A stretch of DNA of 61,910 nt, filler included, from 5 parts of 5 records of this genome joined end to end with filler, not necessarily neighbours in it, one strand, 5' to 3'. Counted from the first letter of the whole stretch, positions 18,470 to 28,718 are shown. The notes: generated by a model not told the origin, from the letters alone. A program made the numbers and translations.

Positions 18470-19441
18470 ATGCAATTCAAGCGCTGGCGTTTAAGCGCCA
18501 CTTCCCCGGTTGTCAACGCAGGGCTTGGCCTTGCCCTGCTTTTTACAGCAGTTGGTTGCTCAAAGGAAGCTGAAGCCCCGGAGGAACAGGTTGAAAGCCC
18601 CCAAATTGCTGCGGGAGTGGAACTCCCGGCCGTTTGGGCAACGCGCCCATTGGAAGGGAAAGTCAGCGCCGTAGCCTTGTCTGGTGGCCTCGGCGGCCTT
18701 CTCGCTATCGCCTATGAGCGTGGCGGGCTTCAATTGTTCAATATGAACGGCGAAATTCTCGGCGAACCGGCCAATTTCAGGCTGACAGACATCGCCAGCG
18801 GTCAAAGTGCCACACTGGGCGGCAGCACGGTTACGATTTTCCCGGGAATCACCCGCGAAGGACAACTCAAGGCATACCTCTACGGCGAAGGCCTTCTGGC
18901 CCCTGCCCAGGTCGACCTGCCCGTGCCGGATACCAGCTTCGTTGAGGGCGTTTGCTCCGGCCCGATCAGCACAGACGGAATCATGCGTCTCGCCTATTGG
19001 ACCTCCACGAATGACCGCATTCTCCAAACCGGCGTCGTCCGCGAAGAAAATGGTGAGTTCAGCTGGGATGCAGGCGAATCGACCTTCACCGATTTCGGAA
19101 TCACGTCTTGCGCCTATACGAGCGACACGCTGGTCGCTTCGCCTCGGGCGACAAGTGCCGCATCGCTCGCTCGCGGTGATTTCGATGCACTCCTGTCAAT
19201 CGAAGACGGTGCAGGACTGCAGGTGTCGACTGATTTCGGTATGACCAACACTGAAATATCGGTTCGGGACGGAATCACAGTGACCGCACCGGACGCGCCG
19301 GACGCTATGGCCGCGATGGGCACGATGATGACAGGTGGATACCCTGGCGGAGTGATTGTGCTGGCGGGCGAAACCGGCTCAAATCAACATCAGGCGGTAT
19401 TCGTTGACCCTAGCCTGCTGACACTGGAAGACGACCAGTAG
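18470..19441 (+). CDS. Putative lipoprotein, degenerate beta-propeller-phytase-like
   Basis: Lipobox [18 protein letters not shown] and C-terminal DAPDAMAA...GGYPGGVIV recall propeller phytase segments; family call is tentative. Confidence 0.55.
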   Translation: MQFKRWRLSATSPVVNAGLGLALLFTAVGCSKEAEAPEEQVESPQIAAGVELPAVWATRPLEGKVSAVALSGGLGGLLAIAYERGGLQLFNMNGEILGEPANFRLTDIASGQSATLGGSTVTIFPGITREGQLKAYLYGEGLLAPAQVDLPVPDTSFVEGVCSGPISTDGIMRLAYWTSTNDRILQTGVVREENGEFSWDAGESTFTDFGITSCAYTSDTLVASPRATSAASLARGDFDALLSIEDGAGLQVSTDFGMTNTEISVRDGITVTAPDAPDAMAAMGTMMTGGYPGGVIVLAGETGSNQHQAVFVDPSLLTLEDDQ

Positions 19442-20453
19442 ACCGCCAGACCAGTCGCACAGCTGCAAGTGTGACGATGACGCCAAGCCCCTGATGGACC
19501 AATGCCAGGTTCATCGGGGCGGCATGGACAAGGGTGACGATGCCCCAAACGGCCTGCAGGCTGACAAGGCCGGCGAGCCAAACGAAACCAGTGCGAAACT
19601 CCGTCTTCCGATACGCCCATGCGCTTGCCAGCGCGCCAGCCCAGATCAGGTATGCCAACAAACGGTGGTTGAACTGGGTTGCGGCGCGGCCTTCAAACAG
19701 GCTGCGAATGCCAAGCCCATTCTCGAGATAGTGCGAAGGCACCAACTCTCCTGCCATCAGCGGCCAATCATTATACGAGCGCCCAGCATCCAGACCGGCA
19801 ACCAGCGCGCCCGCCGCCATTTGCAGGAATATGGCGACCAGAAGCGCCAACGAGACGAGCTTTATTGATTGCGATGCGACTGAACGCGCCTTTCCGCCAA
19901 GGTCCAGCCAAAGCCAGGACACGTAGGCAATGATCAACAGGGCCAACATGAAATGCGTCATCAGACGATAGGGCGCGACATCAACGCGGGTAGTCTCACC
20001 GATGCCACTCGCCACCATCCACCAGCCGATGGCCCCCTGAAGTCCGCCAAGCCCGATCAGCGCAACCAGGTGCCAGGTCAGGCGCTTTGTAAGCCAGCCT
20101 CGCACCGCAAAGACGACAAAGCCGCCAACCGCCACCAATCCAATCATGCGTCCGAAGAAGCGATGGCCCCATTCCCACCAGAATATCTTCTGGAACTCGG
20201 CCATGGACATGCCCTTGTTGACCAATTGGTACTCGGTCGTTTCGCGATATTTCGCAAACTCCACCTCCCAGGCTTCAGGAGACATTGGGGGCAAAGCGCC
20301 GCTGACCGGGTTCCATTCCGTAATGGACAGGCCGGAGTCCGTCAGGCGCGTCGCGCCGCCGATCAGGATCATTGCGTAGACCATCAGCCCGACCAGCACG
20401 AGCCAGCGGCGGATCCAGGCGGCAGAAGAACTGGTTTTTGACGTTTCGCTCAT
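19410..20453 (-). CDS. ctaA: Heme A synthase (COX15/CtaA type 2)
   Basis: GGATRLTDSGLSITEW, WWEWGHR, QGAIGWWMVASG, VAGLDAG, QFNHR and HQ. Confidence 0.96.
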   Translation of the reverse strand: MSETSKTSSSAAWIRRWLVLVGLMVYAMILIGGATRLTDSGLSITEWNPVSGALPPMSPEAWEVEFAKYRETTEYQLVNKGMSMAEFQKIFWWEWGHRFFGRMIGLVAVGGFVVFAVRGWLTKRLTWHLVALIGLGGLQGAIGWWMVASGIGETTRVDVAPYRLMTHFMLALLIIAYVSWLWLDLGGKARSVASQSIKLVSLALLVAIFLQMAAGALVAGLDAGRSYNDWPLMAGELVPSHYLENGLGIRSLFEGRAATQFNHRLLAYLIWAGALASAWAYRKTEFRTGFVWLAGLVSLQAVWGIVTLVHAAPMNLALVHQGLGVIVTLAAVRLVWRSTGRLPVSAG

Positions 20454-20526
20454 GCGCGATACATGATCCAAGCAGACGCCCGTGCAAGGGGCGGGAAAGT
20501 CGCATGTGCAGCAGAAAGAGCAATTG

Positions 20527-20742
20527 ATGAGCTATCAGACCCGAAAAATTGTCGCGAGCCTGATCCTGCTCGGCTTCATGGTCTGCTGGATCGTCATGGT
20601 CGGCACGGTTGGACCGATGGTCTCAGCCTGGCCGAAATGGGCCGAACTGCTGTTTTACGTGTTTGCCGGAATTGGCTGGATCATCCCGTTCAAGCCGATC
20701 TTCGCCTGGATGAACCGCAACGCGCCGACCCAGGAAGACTAG
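20527..20742 (+). CDS. Small membrane protein (DUF2842-like)
   Basis: 71 aa with two hydrophobic helices, RK...FYVFAGIGWIIP pattern; divergent from ctaA. Confidence 0.75.
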   Translation: MSYQTRKIVASLILLGFMVCWIVMVGTVGPMVSAWPKWAELLFYVFAGIGWIIPFKPIFAWMNRNAPTQED

Positions 20743-21599
20743 TCTTCCGGCTTGTTTTTCGTCGCTTCCTTCAATCGTGCCAGCAACACAGCCGGATCGT
20801 CCGGCGTGTCCGCCTCATCGGGCTCCGGATAATCATCCTCGTCGAATGTATCATCCTCAATCGCACCAAGCGGCAATTCACCGGCTTCGCCCGAGACATC
20901 AAAATCTTCTTCGTCAGTGTCCGATCTCAAACGCCCCAGCACGGTTTCGCCGCCAATGAGGGTCTGCCCCGGCCAGATCAATTGCCCGACACTGGCAGGA
21001 ACATAGATATCGCACCAACCGCCCAGTCGTCGTTTGCCGAACACGCGGCCAAGACGCAGAATGTCGCCGGTTTCAACTTCGATTTCCTGCCGGGGCCCCA
21101 GTCCGCCCGTCGCGATACGCACGCCAACTTGCTGAGTGCGGCTCTCGAACATGAGGTATGATACCGCCAGGCCATCTGCATCGGGGCGCATGGCAATGGG
21201 TGCCGAATTCTCACCCTCTTCCGTAATCAGGCTTTCCAGACTTCCCGCGATAGGCGCGTAGAGCCGATTGGTCGATGCAGGCGATGAGGATATCCGGATG
21301 CGGGTCGTTTCTGCCCCCGACATGCGCAATTCTCCCGGGGCATCTGTTCGCGTCACGGAGACGACGATGCCATCACACGGCGCGATAATACCGTCTGCGA
21401 GGTCGGGCGCCGTCCGATTGGACCAGCGCGCGGCCAGAAGCGCTGCGATCATCGCAGCAAATCCGACCCAGAAGAGCGGATCCCAGAGCCATCCAAGCAA
21501 GAGCGCTACCAGCAACAGTGCCAGAGCCGCGGCAACGCCTTCCCAATCAAACCCGCCTGTGAACCAGGGTGTGGTCTTGCGCTCGAGGTCTTCGCTCAT
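20739..21599 (-). CDS. Phosphatidylserine decarboxylase homolog lacking the catalytic GS site (pseudoenzyme)
   Basis: Colinear with alphaproteobacterial Psd (LGWLWDPLFWVG, IAPCDG, GQTLIGGETVL), but RRLGGWCDIY replaces IRFGSRVDVY; acidic tail. Confidence 0.75.
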   Translation of the reverse strand: MSEDLERKTTPWFTGGFDWEGVAAALALLLVALLLGWLWDPLFWVGFAAMIAALLAARWSNRTAPDLADGIIAPCDGIVVSVTRTDAPGELRMSGAETTRIRISSSPASTNRLYAPIAGSLESLITEEGENSAPIAMRPDADGLAVSYLMFESRTQQVGVRIATGGLGPRQEIEVETGDILRLGRVFGKRRLGGWCDIYVPASVGQLIWPGQTLIGGETVLGRLRSDTDEEDFDVSGEAGELPLGAIEDDTFDEDDYPEPDEADTPDDPAVLLARLKEATKNKPED

Positions 21600-21614
21600 G
21601 CTCGCTTGCCTTCT

Positions 21615-23459
21615 CTATCCTGTCGTCAGCGCGATTTCCGCGCTCTTGGCCTGCCGTTCCCACATATCAGCATATTTGCCGCCTTTTGACAGCAGGTCTG
21701 CATGTGTCCCGCGCTCGATGACCCGTCCGGCATCAAGAACCAGGATCTCATCTGCGGATTTCACGGTCGACAATCTGTGAGCCACCATCAGTGTGGTACG
21801 CCCCTCTGCGGCCTCATCAAGCGCATCCTGCACGGCGGCTTCCGTCGCGCTGTCGAGCGCCGAGGTTGCTTCATCCAGCACCAGAATTGAGGGATCCGCC
21901 AAGATTACCCGCGCGATACCTACACGCTGCTTCTCGCCGCCTGACAACTTCAGCCCCCGCTCGCCCACACGGGTATTCCAGCCTTCCGGCAAGGATTCGA
22001 TGAAGTCGAGAAGCTGTGCCCGCCGTGCCGCGTCCCGAAGATCCTCGTCTGACGCATCGGGGCGCGCATAGGCGATGTTCGCGCGGACCGTATCGTTGAA
22101 AAGCACCACATCCTGTGGGACCAGCCCCAACGCCTTGCGCAGCGATTCCTGCGTCAGTGACCGCACATCCTGTCCGTCGACCAGAACCCGCCCGTCATCA
22201 ACATCGTAGAAGCGGAACAGAAGCTTCAGCAATGTCGATTTGCCTGCGCCCGATGTCCCGACAAAGGCGATCTTTCGTCCCGGCAAGAGATCAAAGCTAA
22301 CCCCCTGCACGCCCACCGCGCGTCCCTCGTGGTGGAATGCCACATCCCGGAATTCGACGTGTCCCTCCGGTTTGGACAGAGGCATTGCGTCGGGCGCATC
22401 TGCCACCTCTGTTTTCATCGCAAGGAGGCCATAGAGTTTTTCGAGATCGACGGCGCCCTGTTTGATCTCTCGCCACGCCCAACCGAGAATGTTGAGCGGC
22501 GCATAGAGCGACAGAAGCATCAGCATGACAGCGGTAAGATCGCCGACCAGCATGGTGCCCTGAATGACGTTCCAGGCAGACAAGACGAGCACAGCCAGCA
22601 AGCCGCCATTCATGATCAGCGCCTGCGTCGCGTTCAGTAGATACATGGACCGCACGGCGTCGACATAGCGCAGATTATAGGTGCGCATCGCGTCATTGAA
22701 GCGACCAGTTTCGCGCCGCTCCGCCGCAAAGGACTTCACTGTTTCGAAATTGGTCAGAATGTCGACAGATGTCGCGCGGAAATGCGTATCGGCCTCATTC
22801 ATGCGCCGACGCTGGCGGACACGCCATTCAGTGATGATCACTGTGGCGATGACGTAGATGATGATCGTGAAAACCGCGATCAGCGAGAGCCTGTAATCAT
22901 ACGCAACGCCAAGTGCGATGGACGCGAGGATCAGCCTCACAAAAGTCGGGCCGATATTGAAAGCAAGAAAGCGGATCAGATAGTCAATCGCGCTCGCGCC
23001 GCGCTCGATCACACGATTGAGCGCGCCGGTGCGACGGGTCTGGTGAAAGTTGAGCGACAGGGATTGCGCATGTCCGAACGCATCCACGCTGGCAACACGC
23101 TGGGCATCCTGACTGACCGGCGAGAACAGCCAGTCTCGCGCTTGGGGCAGAGCAGCCGCCAGAAACCGCACTCCGATGCCAATTGCCAGCCACACGGCAG
23201 CCGCGCCAAAGGCCGCGGCCTCTCCGCCCTCCGGGACGGCCTTGTTGATGGCGTGCCCCAACAAGAGCGGCGAAACCACTTCCAGCACTGAGGCCGCCAG
23301 CGTCACCAAAATCGCAATCACCATGATCGGACGCCATTTCGACAATTCCGGCCGGACGAGCAGCTTCAGGATGCGCAGGATGGAAACTCCAATCCCGCCA
23401 TCGGCACTTTCAATCTTGTCGGGGTCGGCGGCGGTATGGGGATTCGTCATTCGCCGCAT
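21615..23459 (-). CDS. ABCB-type (Atm1-like) exporter, fused permease/ATPase
   Basis: FHQTRRTG, NFETVKSF, GTSGAGKST, LSGGEKQR, DEATSALD and AHRLST. Confidence 0.93.
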   Translation of the reverse strand: MRRMTNPHTAADPDKIESADGGIGVSILRILKLLVRPELSKWRPIMVIAILVTLAASVLEVVSPLLLGHAINKAVPEGGEAAAFGAAAVWLAIGIGVRFLAAALPQARDWLFSPVSQDAQRVASVDAFGHAQSLSLNFHQTRRTGALNRVIERGASAIDYLIRFLAFNIGPTFVRLILASIALGVAYDYRLSLIAVFTIIIYVIATVIITEWRVRQRRRMNEADTHFRATSVDILTNFETVKSFAAERRETGRFNDAMRTYNLRYVDAVRSMYLLNATQALIMNGGLLAVLVLSAWNVIQGTMLVGDLTAVMLMLLSLYAPLNILGWAWREIKQGAVDLEKLYGLLAMKTEVADAPDAMPLSKPEGHVEFRDVAFHHEGRAVGVQGVSFDLLPGRKIAFVGTSGAGKSTLLKLLFRFYDVDDGRVLVDGQDVRSLTQESLRKALGLVPQDVVLFNDTVRANIAYARPDASDEDLRDAARRAQLLDFIESLPEGWNTRVGERGLKLSGGEKQRVGIARVILADPSILVLDEATSALDSATEAAVQDALDEAAEGRTTLMVAHRLSTVKSADEILVLDAGRVIERGTHADLLSKGGKYADMWERQAKSAEIALTTG

Positions 23460-23602
23460 ATGGGAACAAAAAGGCAGGCGAGCAAACCCTCCTGTGTTGC
23501 GCTATGTCGCGAAACGTTCTGAAATTGTCGCTAATACGCTGAACCGTGGTTTCAGTGGGACATCCATGATCCACGAGACGCACCGATTGAAAGGCCCTAT
23601 GC

Positions 23603-24166
23603 ATGACGAACATCAAGTCCATCTGCGTGTACTGCGGAGCATCCGATGATGTTCAGCCCAGCTATATCAAACTGGCGGAGGAACTCGGCCGGGAACTGGC
23701 AAAGCGGGACATCCGCATGGTTTATGGCGGCGGCGGTGTGGGCCTGATGGGCGCGTGCGCCCGCGCCGCGCACGAATCGGCCGGCGATGTGCTCGGGATC
23801 ATGCCGCGCTTCCTGCTCAGCAAGGAGCGCATCTATGAGGAAGTCGAGCACCGCATCGTCGACGACATGCACACGCGCAAGCAGATGATGTTTGACGAGT
23901 CCGACGCTTTCATCGTGTTGCCGGGCGGCATCGGGACGCTGGAAGAGGCTGTGGAGATCCTGTCCTGGGCCCGTCTCGGCCTGCACGCAAAGCCGATGGC
24001 CTTTCTGGACGAAGACGGATTCTGGTCACCCTTCTTCGAACTGATGGAACACATCATCGACGGCAAGTTCACGCCGGCATCCTTCCGCGCGGCACTGGTT
24101 CACAGCGACACGCCGCAGGATGCCATTCAGGCGCTGATGGACAAGGTCATCGTCCTCGGAGAGTAG
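23603..24166 (+). CDS. LOG-family nucleotide phosphoribohydrolase
   Basis: ICVYCGAS, VYGGGGVGLMG, MHTRKQMM and PGGIGTLEE. Confidence 0.93.
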   Translation: MTNIKSICVYCGASDDVQPSYIKLAEELGRELAKRDIRMVYGGGGVGLMGACARAAHESAGDVLGIMPRFLLSKERIYEEVEHRIVDDMHTRKQMMFDESDAFIVLPGGIGTLEEAVEILSWARLGLHAKPMAFLDEDGFWSPFFELMEHIIDGKFTPASFRAALVHSDTPQDAIQALMDKVIVLGE

Positions 24167-24169
24167 CCT

Positions 24170-25153
24170 CTACCCCTGGAAGCCCGGAACGTCCTCAACC
24201 GGCTTCTTCGTCAGATCCATGCCCAAGGCCAGAACGATGGTCGAGGCGATGAAGATGGACGAATACGTCCCGATCAGGACGCCCCAGATCAGTGCGAAGC
24301 TCATGCCGCGCAGGACTGGCCCGCCAAGGAAGAAGATGGCCAACAGCGCCAGGAGTGTGGTGCCGGAGGTCAGCAAGGTACGCGACAGCGTGCCGTTCAG
24401 GGCGAGGTTGATGACCTCCTTGTCCGGCATCTTCTTGTATTTGCGCTTCTCCTCGCGGACCCGGTCAAACACAACCACCGTGTCGTTCATCGAATAACCG
24501 ATGATTGTCAGAAGCGCGGCGATGGTCGTCAGGTTGAACTCCATCTGCAGGAAAGCAAACACACCAAGCGTGATGATCACATCGTGCGCCAGCGCCGCGA
24601 CGGCACCGACAGAAAACTGCCATTCGAAGCGGAACCAGATATAGATCAGCATCAGGACAAGGGCGGCGACCAGCGCCGTGATCCCGTCGCGGAACAGCTC
24701 TTGAGACACTTTCGGACCGACCGAATCGTTCCGCAGGATCTGCTCATCGGTAATGCCCAGCGCATCCTTCAGCGTGCTGGTAACCAGTTCATTGGTCGCG
24801 CCGGTGGCACGTTCGGCCTGCTCTGCCGGCGGGAGCGCCTGAAATTCGTCTCCGAGCACAGACGCGTCGGCTTCACCATATTTCACAACCACGATGCTGC
24901 GCGCGTCTGTGCCGACGGCGCTGTTCACATCTGCGTTGAGCGGCATGGCCGATCGCACCGCTTCGACGGTGATCGTGTCGGTCTGCTCCAGCTCCATCAC
25001 CGTGCCGCCAGCAAAGTCGACACCGAAATTGAGACCGCGCGTCGCGAGGAAGAAGACAGATGACGCAATCAACAAGGATGAGATCACCGCGCCGATCAGG
25101 CGCGCGCTCATGAAGCTTACATTCGTCTGCTGAGGCCAGAGTTTGAGTAGCAT
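24170..25153 (-). CDS. secF: Protein translocase subunit SecF
   Basis: GLNFGVDFAGG, VGPKVS, HDVII, GYSMNDTVVVFDRVRE and GTYSSIFIA. Confidence 0.97.
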   Translation of the reverse strand: MLLKLWPQQTNVSFMSARLIGAVISSLLIASSVFFLATRGLNFGVDFAGGTVMELEQTDTITVEAVRSAMPLNADVNSAVGTDARSIVVVKYGEADASVLGDEFQALPPAEQAERATGATNELVTSTLKDALGITDEQILRNDSVGPKVSQELFRDGITALVAALVLMLIYIWFRFEWQFSVGAVAALAHDVIITLGVFAFLQMEFNLTTIAALLTIIGYSMNDTVVVFDRVREEKRKYKKMPDKEVINLALNGTLSRTLLTSGTTLLALLAIFFLGGPVLRGMSFALIWGVLIGTYSSIFIASTIVLALGMDLTKKPVEDVPGFQG

Positions 25154-25171
25154 GTCGTGTCTCCTCCGGGC

Positions 25172-26779
25172 CTAAACCGCGAGCTTCTTGGGACGGAACG
25201 TCTTCAGCCACATCACCGTGAACCAGCGAGTGACGACGAAGGCCGTAAACACCGAGGTCACGATACCGATGGCCAGGGTGACGGCGAAGCCTTTCACCGG
25301 TCCCGAACCGAGAAGGTAAAGAATAATGGCCGCGATCAGGGTTGTGACGTTCGCATCGAGAATGGTCGAAAAGGCGCGCTCATAGCCGGCCTGAACGGCT
25401 GTCAGGGGCGAACGCCCATTGCGTTGTTCTTCGCGGATACGTTCAAACACCAGCACGTTGGCGTCGACCGCCATACCGATGGTCAGGATGATGCCTGCGA
25501 TACCCGGCAGGGTCAGCGTCGCGCCGAGCCCAGAGAGCGCCCCAAGGATCAGAACGATGTTTGCCGCCAGGGACCCAACGGCGAAACCGCCCATCAGACC
25601 GTAGGCGATAATCATGAAGATCGCGACAAGCGCGAGGCCGATCATGGAGGCGCGTGTACCTGCACGGATCGAGTCATGGCCCAGCGTGGCGCTGACCGTG
25701 CGCTGATCGAGGAACTGTACCTTGGCCGGCAGTTCACCCGCTTCGATGATGGCCGCCAGATCTTGCGCTTCTTCCTGCGTGAAGTCGCCCGTGATGCGAA
25801 CATTGCCGCCTGGAATTGGCTCATTGATGCGCGGGGCCGACATGATCACATCGTCCAGGACAATGGCAAACAACTTGCCGGAATTGTTGCGGGTCGTATC
25901 GTAGAATTTCCGCGCGCCATTGCTGTTCAGGCGGAAATTGATCTGAGGTCGATTGCCCTCATCAAAGCCCTGGGCCGCGTTGGCAATGTCTGCGCCGGTG
26001 ACTTCAGGAATGTTGCGCACCAGCAGCGGCCCGGTGGTCGGGCCTTCCAGCAGCCGATACCCCGCCCGAGGCACCCCGGCCTGAGCTGACGTAATGGCCG
26101 ACGGGCTGTTGTCGACCAAATTAAAGGTCATCTTGCCATCGCGGCTGAGCAGGTCTTTCAGGCGTTGCGGGTCAGGTTCGCCCGGCGCTTCCAGGATGAT
26201 CCGGTCATTGCCCTGTGGAGTGATTGCGATTTCCGAAACGCCATCCGGATCGACCCGGCGGCGGACGATTGTCATCGTCTTGCCAAGCGCGTCCTTCATC
26301 AGCGCCTCTTCGGACGCTGCAGGCACGGTCACGAGAATGCGGTCCGTCCCCAATGCTTCGATTTCATATGTCTTGGCGCCGCCGATGGCACCTTCGACAT
26401 TGCTGTTCAGTTTGCGGATGCGGCGCAGGGCTTCATCCATCGGGAAATTACCTTCGGCGTCCGGGCGCGTCAGTTTGATTTCCAGCTGGCGACCGCTGAT
26501 CTCCGGCAGGTGTCCAATACGCTCGGACGGCACAACATTGCTGAGCGCGCTGCGCACGTCGCCCGCAAACACTTCCAGCCGGTTCGCAATCACCTCATCC
26601 GGGTTGATCTCCATCATCAGATAGACACCGCCCTGAAGGTCGAGGCCGAGATTGACGCCCTTCTTCGGCATGAAGCCCGGCGCGTTGTCCATATTGGCAA
26701 CGTTTGGCAGGGCCATCACGACGCCCCATGCCAGTGTCAGGAGAACGAGAGCGACTTTCCACGGTGGAAACTGAAGCAT
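25172..26779 (-). CDS. secD: Protein translocase subunit SecD
   Basis: NLGLDLQGG, LTLPGIAGIILTIGMAVDANVLVFERIREE and GPVKGFAVTL. Confidence 0.97.
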   Translation of the reverse strand: MLQFPPWKVALVLLTLAWGVVMALPNVANMDNAPGFMPKKGVNLGLDLQGGVYLMMEINPDEVIANRLEVFAGDVRSALSNVVPSERIGHLPEISGRQLEIKLTRPDAEGNFPMDEALRRIRKLNSNVEGAIGGAKTYEIEALGTDRILVTVPAASEEALMKDALGKTMTIVRRRVDPDGVSEIAITPQGNDRIILEAPGEPDPQRLKDLLSRDGKMTFNLVDNSPSAITSAQAGVPRAGYRLLEGPTTGPLLVRNIPEVTGADIANAAQGFDEGNRPQINFRLNSNGARKFYDTTRNNSGKLFAIVLDDVIMSAPRINEPIPGGNVRITGDFTQEEAQDLAAIIEAGELPAKVQFLDQRTVSATLGHDSIRAGTRASMIGLALVAIFMIIAYGLMGGFAVGSLAANIVLILGALSGLGATLTLPGIAGIILTIGMAVDANVLVFERIREEQRNGRSPLTAVQAGYERAFSTILDANVTTLIAAIILYLLGSGPVKGFAVTLAIGIVTSVFTAFVVTRWFTVMWLKTFRPKKLAV

Positions 26780-26827
26780 GCGGGAATCCTTGTCATGCAG
26801 CGGGCCGGCTTTCGGCCCTGCAAGCGC

Positions 26828-27199
26828 TTAGTCGTTGGCGGCAACCGGCTGATTCTTGCCGCGCACATCAATCACCATCTGCTTGATGATCTGCACGCGC
26901 ACGCCATCGGCCAGCTCAACGGTGATTTCATCATCGCCCGGCTTGGTCACCTTGCCGACGAGGCCACCGGAAGTGACGATTGTATCGCCTTTCTTGATGC
27001 CCTCGATCAGCGCCTTGTGCTTTTTCGCGCGCTGTTGCTGCGGGCGGATCAGCAGGAAGTAGAAGATCAGGATCAGAGGCAGGAACAGCAGAACCTGGCT
27101 CATGATGCTGGGGCCTGCGGCGCTTGGAGCGGCCTGAGCGAAAGCTGGCAGGGTTGCAGCAGCGGCAACTGCAGTCAGCGTGGCAAGTCTGGTCAGCAT
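26828..27199 (-). CDS. yajC: Preprotein translocase subunit YajC
   Basis: IFYFLLIRPQQ and KGDTIVTSGGLVG; GGAG upstream of the ATG at 27199; precedes secD. Confidence 0.95.
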   Translation of the reverse strand: MLTRLATLTAVAAAATLPAFAQAAPSAAGPSIMSQVLLFLPLILIFYFLLIRPQQQRAKKHKALIEGIKKGDTIVTSGGLVGKVTKPGDDEITVELADGVRVQIIKQMVIDVRGKNQPVAAND

Positions 27200-27293
27200 G
27201 TGGTGTTCTCCCGTAGACCCCTGAAAATGTGTTGCTCCTATAGCTGTGGGCAGTTGCATTGGCAAACAAGCCCTGCAGATGAAACAACCGACA

Positions 27294-27947
27294 TCAAAGT
27301 GCGCGGGAACGCCCCTCCACAAGCATGGGCAGGTCGTGGGCAAGGCCAGACCACTTTTCTGTGCCATCTGGCGAAATTCTGGCGATCTGCTGGCGGCCAT
27401 CCTTTACCATCGGCGCGACCACGAATCCCTCCGGATTCAACTGGTCGAACAGGGTCTGCGGCACATGCTGGATCACGGAGGTGAACAGGATGCGATCATA
27501 CGGCCCGCGCTCGGCCCAGCCTTCCAGTCCGTCCCCATGCCGCACGGCCAGATTGTCGAGGCCGAGCTTCACAATCCGCTGGCGGGCATGATCTGTCAGG
27601 CGATTGTAACGCTCCACGCCGAACACGTCCGCAGCAAGATACCCGGCCAAAGCAGCGATATAGCCAGAGCCGACACCGATCAGCAGGACACGCGCCTCTT
27701 TCTGACGCCCCAGCGCGAGCGCCTGGAGCAGCTGGCCGATGGCCGCCGGTCTCGGAATGGTCTGGCCGCACGGAATGGGCAGCGCGCAATCGGCAAAGGC
27801 GAGCTGTTTCAACTCCGGATCATCGACGAAGGCACCGCGGTCAATCGTCTCCATCGCGCCGAGGACCGCGTCATCCGTTACCCCTTCCTGACGGAGACGC
27901 AGGACGAGGCGGGCGGCGCGGAACGGGTCGACGGTCAGTTCTTCCAT
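27294..27947 (-). CDS. pcm: Protein-L-isoaspartate O-methyltransferase (divergent)
   Basis: ALPIPCGQTI, IGVGSGY and GDGLEGWAERGPYDRI; follows surE. Confidence 0.85.
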   Translation of the reverse strand: MEELTVDPFRAARLVLRLRQEGVTDDAVLGAMETIDRGAFVDDPELKQLAFADCALPIPCGQTIPRPAAIGQLLQALALGRQKEARVLLIGVGSGYIAALAGYLAADVFGVERYNRLTDHARQRIVKLGLDNLAVRHGDGLEGWAERGPYDRILFTSVIQHVPQTLFDQLNPEGFVVAPMVKDGRQQIARISPDGTEKWSGLAHDLPMLVEGRSRAL

Positions 27948-28696
27948 GACTCCCGCAGCGTCTGGAGGAACGCGTCGTGCGTCAAGTCCACATGAAGCGG
28001 TGAGATCGAGACATAGCCATCATAGATCGCCCGCAAATCGGTGCCTTCGTCCGGCTTGGACAGCTTTCCCTTATAGCCGATCCAGTAATAATCATTGCCG
28101 CGCAAATCTTCGCGGCGATCTGTATGAATGATGGATTCGTCGCGGAAGCCCTGACGGGTGATCTGGATGCCCTTCACATCATCGGGCTCCACATCCGGGA
28201 AGTTCACATTCATCACGACATCATCCGGCCAGCGCATGTCTATCAGCGGTTTGATCGCCCGGCTGCCCCAGGCGCGGGCCGTATCCCAAGGCAGGGAGCC
28301 GCGCTCACGAAAGCTCTGCGACTGGCTGAGCGCGATGGAGGGAATGCCCAATTGCATACCGAACAGGGCGGCCGCGATGGTGCCGGAAAAGCTGGTGTCT
28401 TCTGCGATGTTCTGGCCGCGATTGACGCCGGACAGCACGAGGTCTGGCTTCTCCGGCATCAGATTCTGAGTTGCCAGCAACACGCAGTCTGACGGTGTGC
28501 CTGCCACAGCCCAGGCCTTCTCGCCCACTTCACGCGTGCGCACAGGATGGGTCAGCGAGATCGCGCGGCCCTTGCCGGATTGTTCCTCCTCCGGCGCGGC
28601 GATCCACACATCATCGGAAATCTCCCGCGCAATATCTTCCAGCACGGCAAGGCCCGGCGCGTTGATGCCATCATCATTGGTCAGGAGGATTCTCAT
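27935..28696 (-). CDS. surE: 5'/3'-nucleotidase SurE
   Basis: MRILLTNDDG, GTPSDCV, SGVNRGQN, SGT and NVNFP. Confidence 0.97.
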   Translation of the reverse strand: MRILLTNDDGINAPGLAVLEDIAREISDDVWIAAPEEEQSGKGRAISLTHPVRTREVGEKAWAVAGTPSDCVLLATQNLMPEKPDLVLSGVNRGQNIAEDTSFSGTIAAALFGMQLGIPSIALSQSQSFRERGSLPWDTARAWGSRAIKPLIDMRWPDDVVMNVNFPDVEPDDVKGIQITRQGFRDESIIHTDRREDLRGNDYYWIGYKGKLSKPDEGTDLRAIYDGYVSISPLHVDLTHDAFLQTLRESWKN

Positions 28697-28718
28697 ACTT
28701 GCCTTGCTCCGCGTTCAA

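Noticed and set aside
11823-27484. Long antisense ORFs (11823-13106, 16840-18198, 25157-26089, 26165-27484)
   Set aside because: Shadow frames of well-supported high-GC genes on the opposite strand, with no motifs
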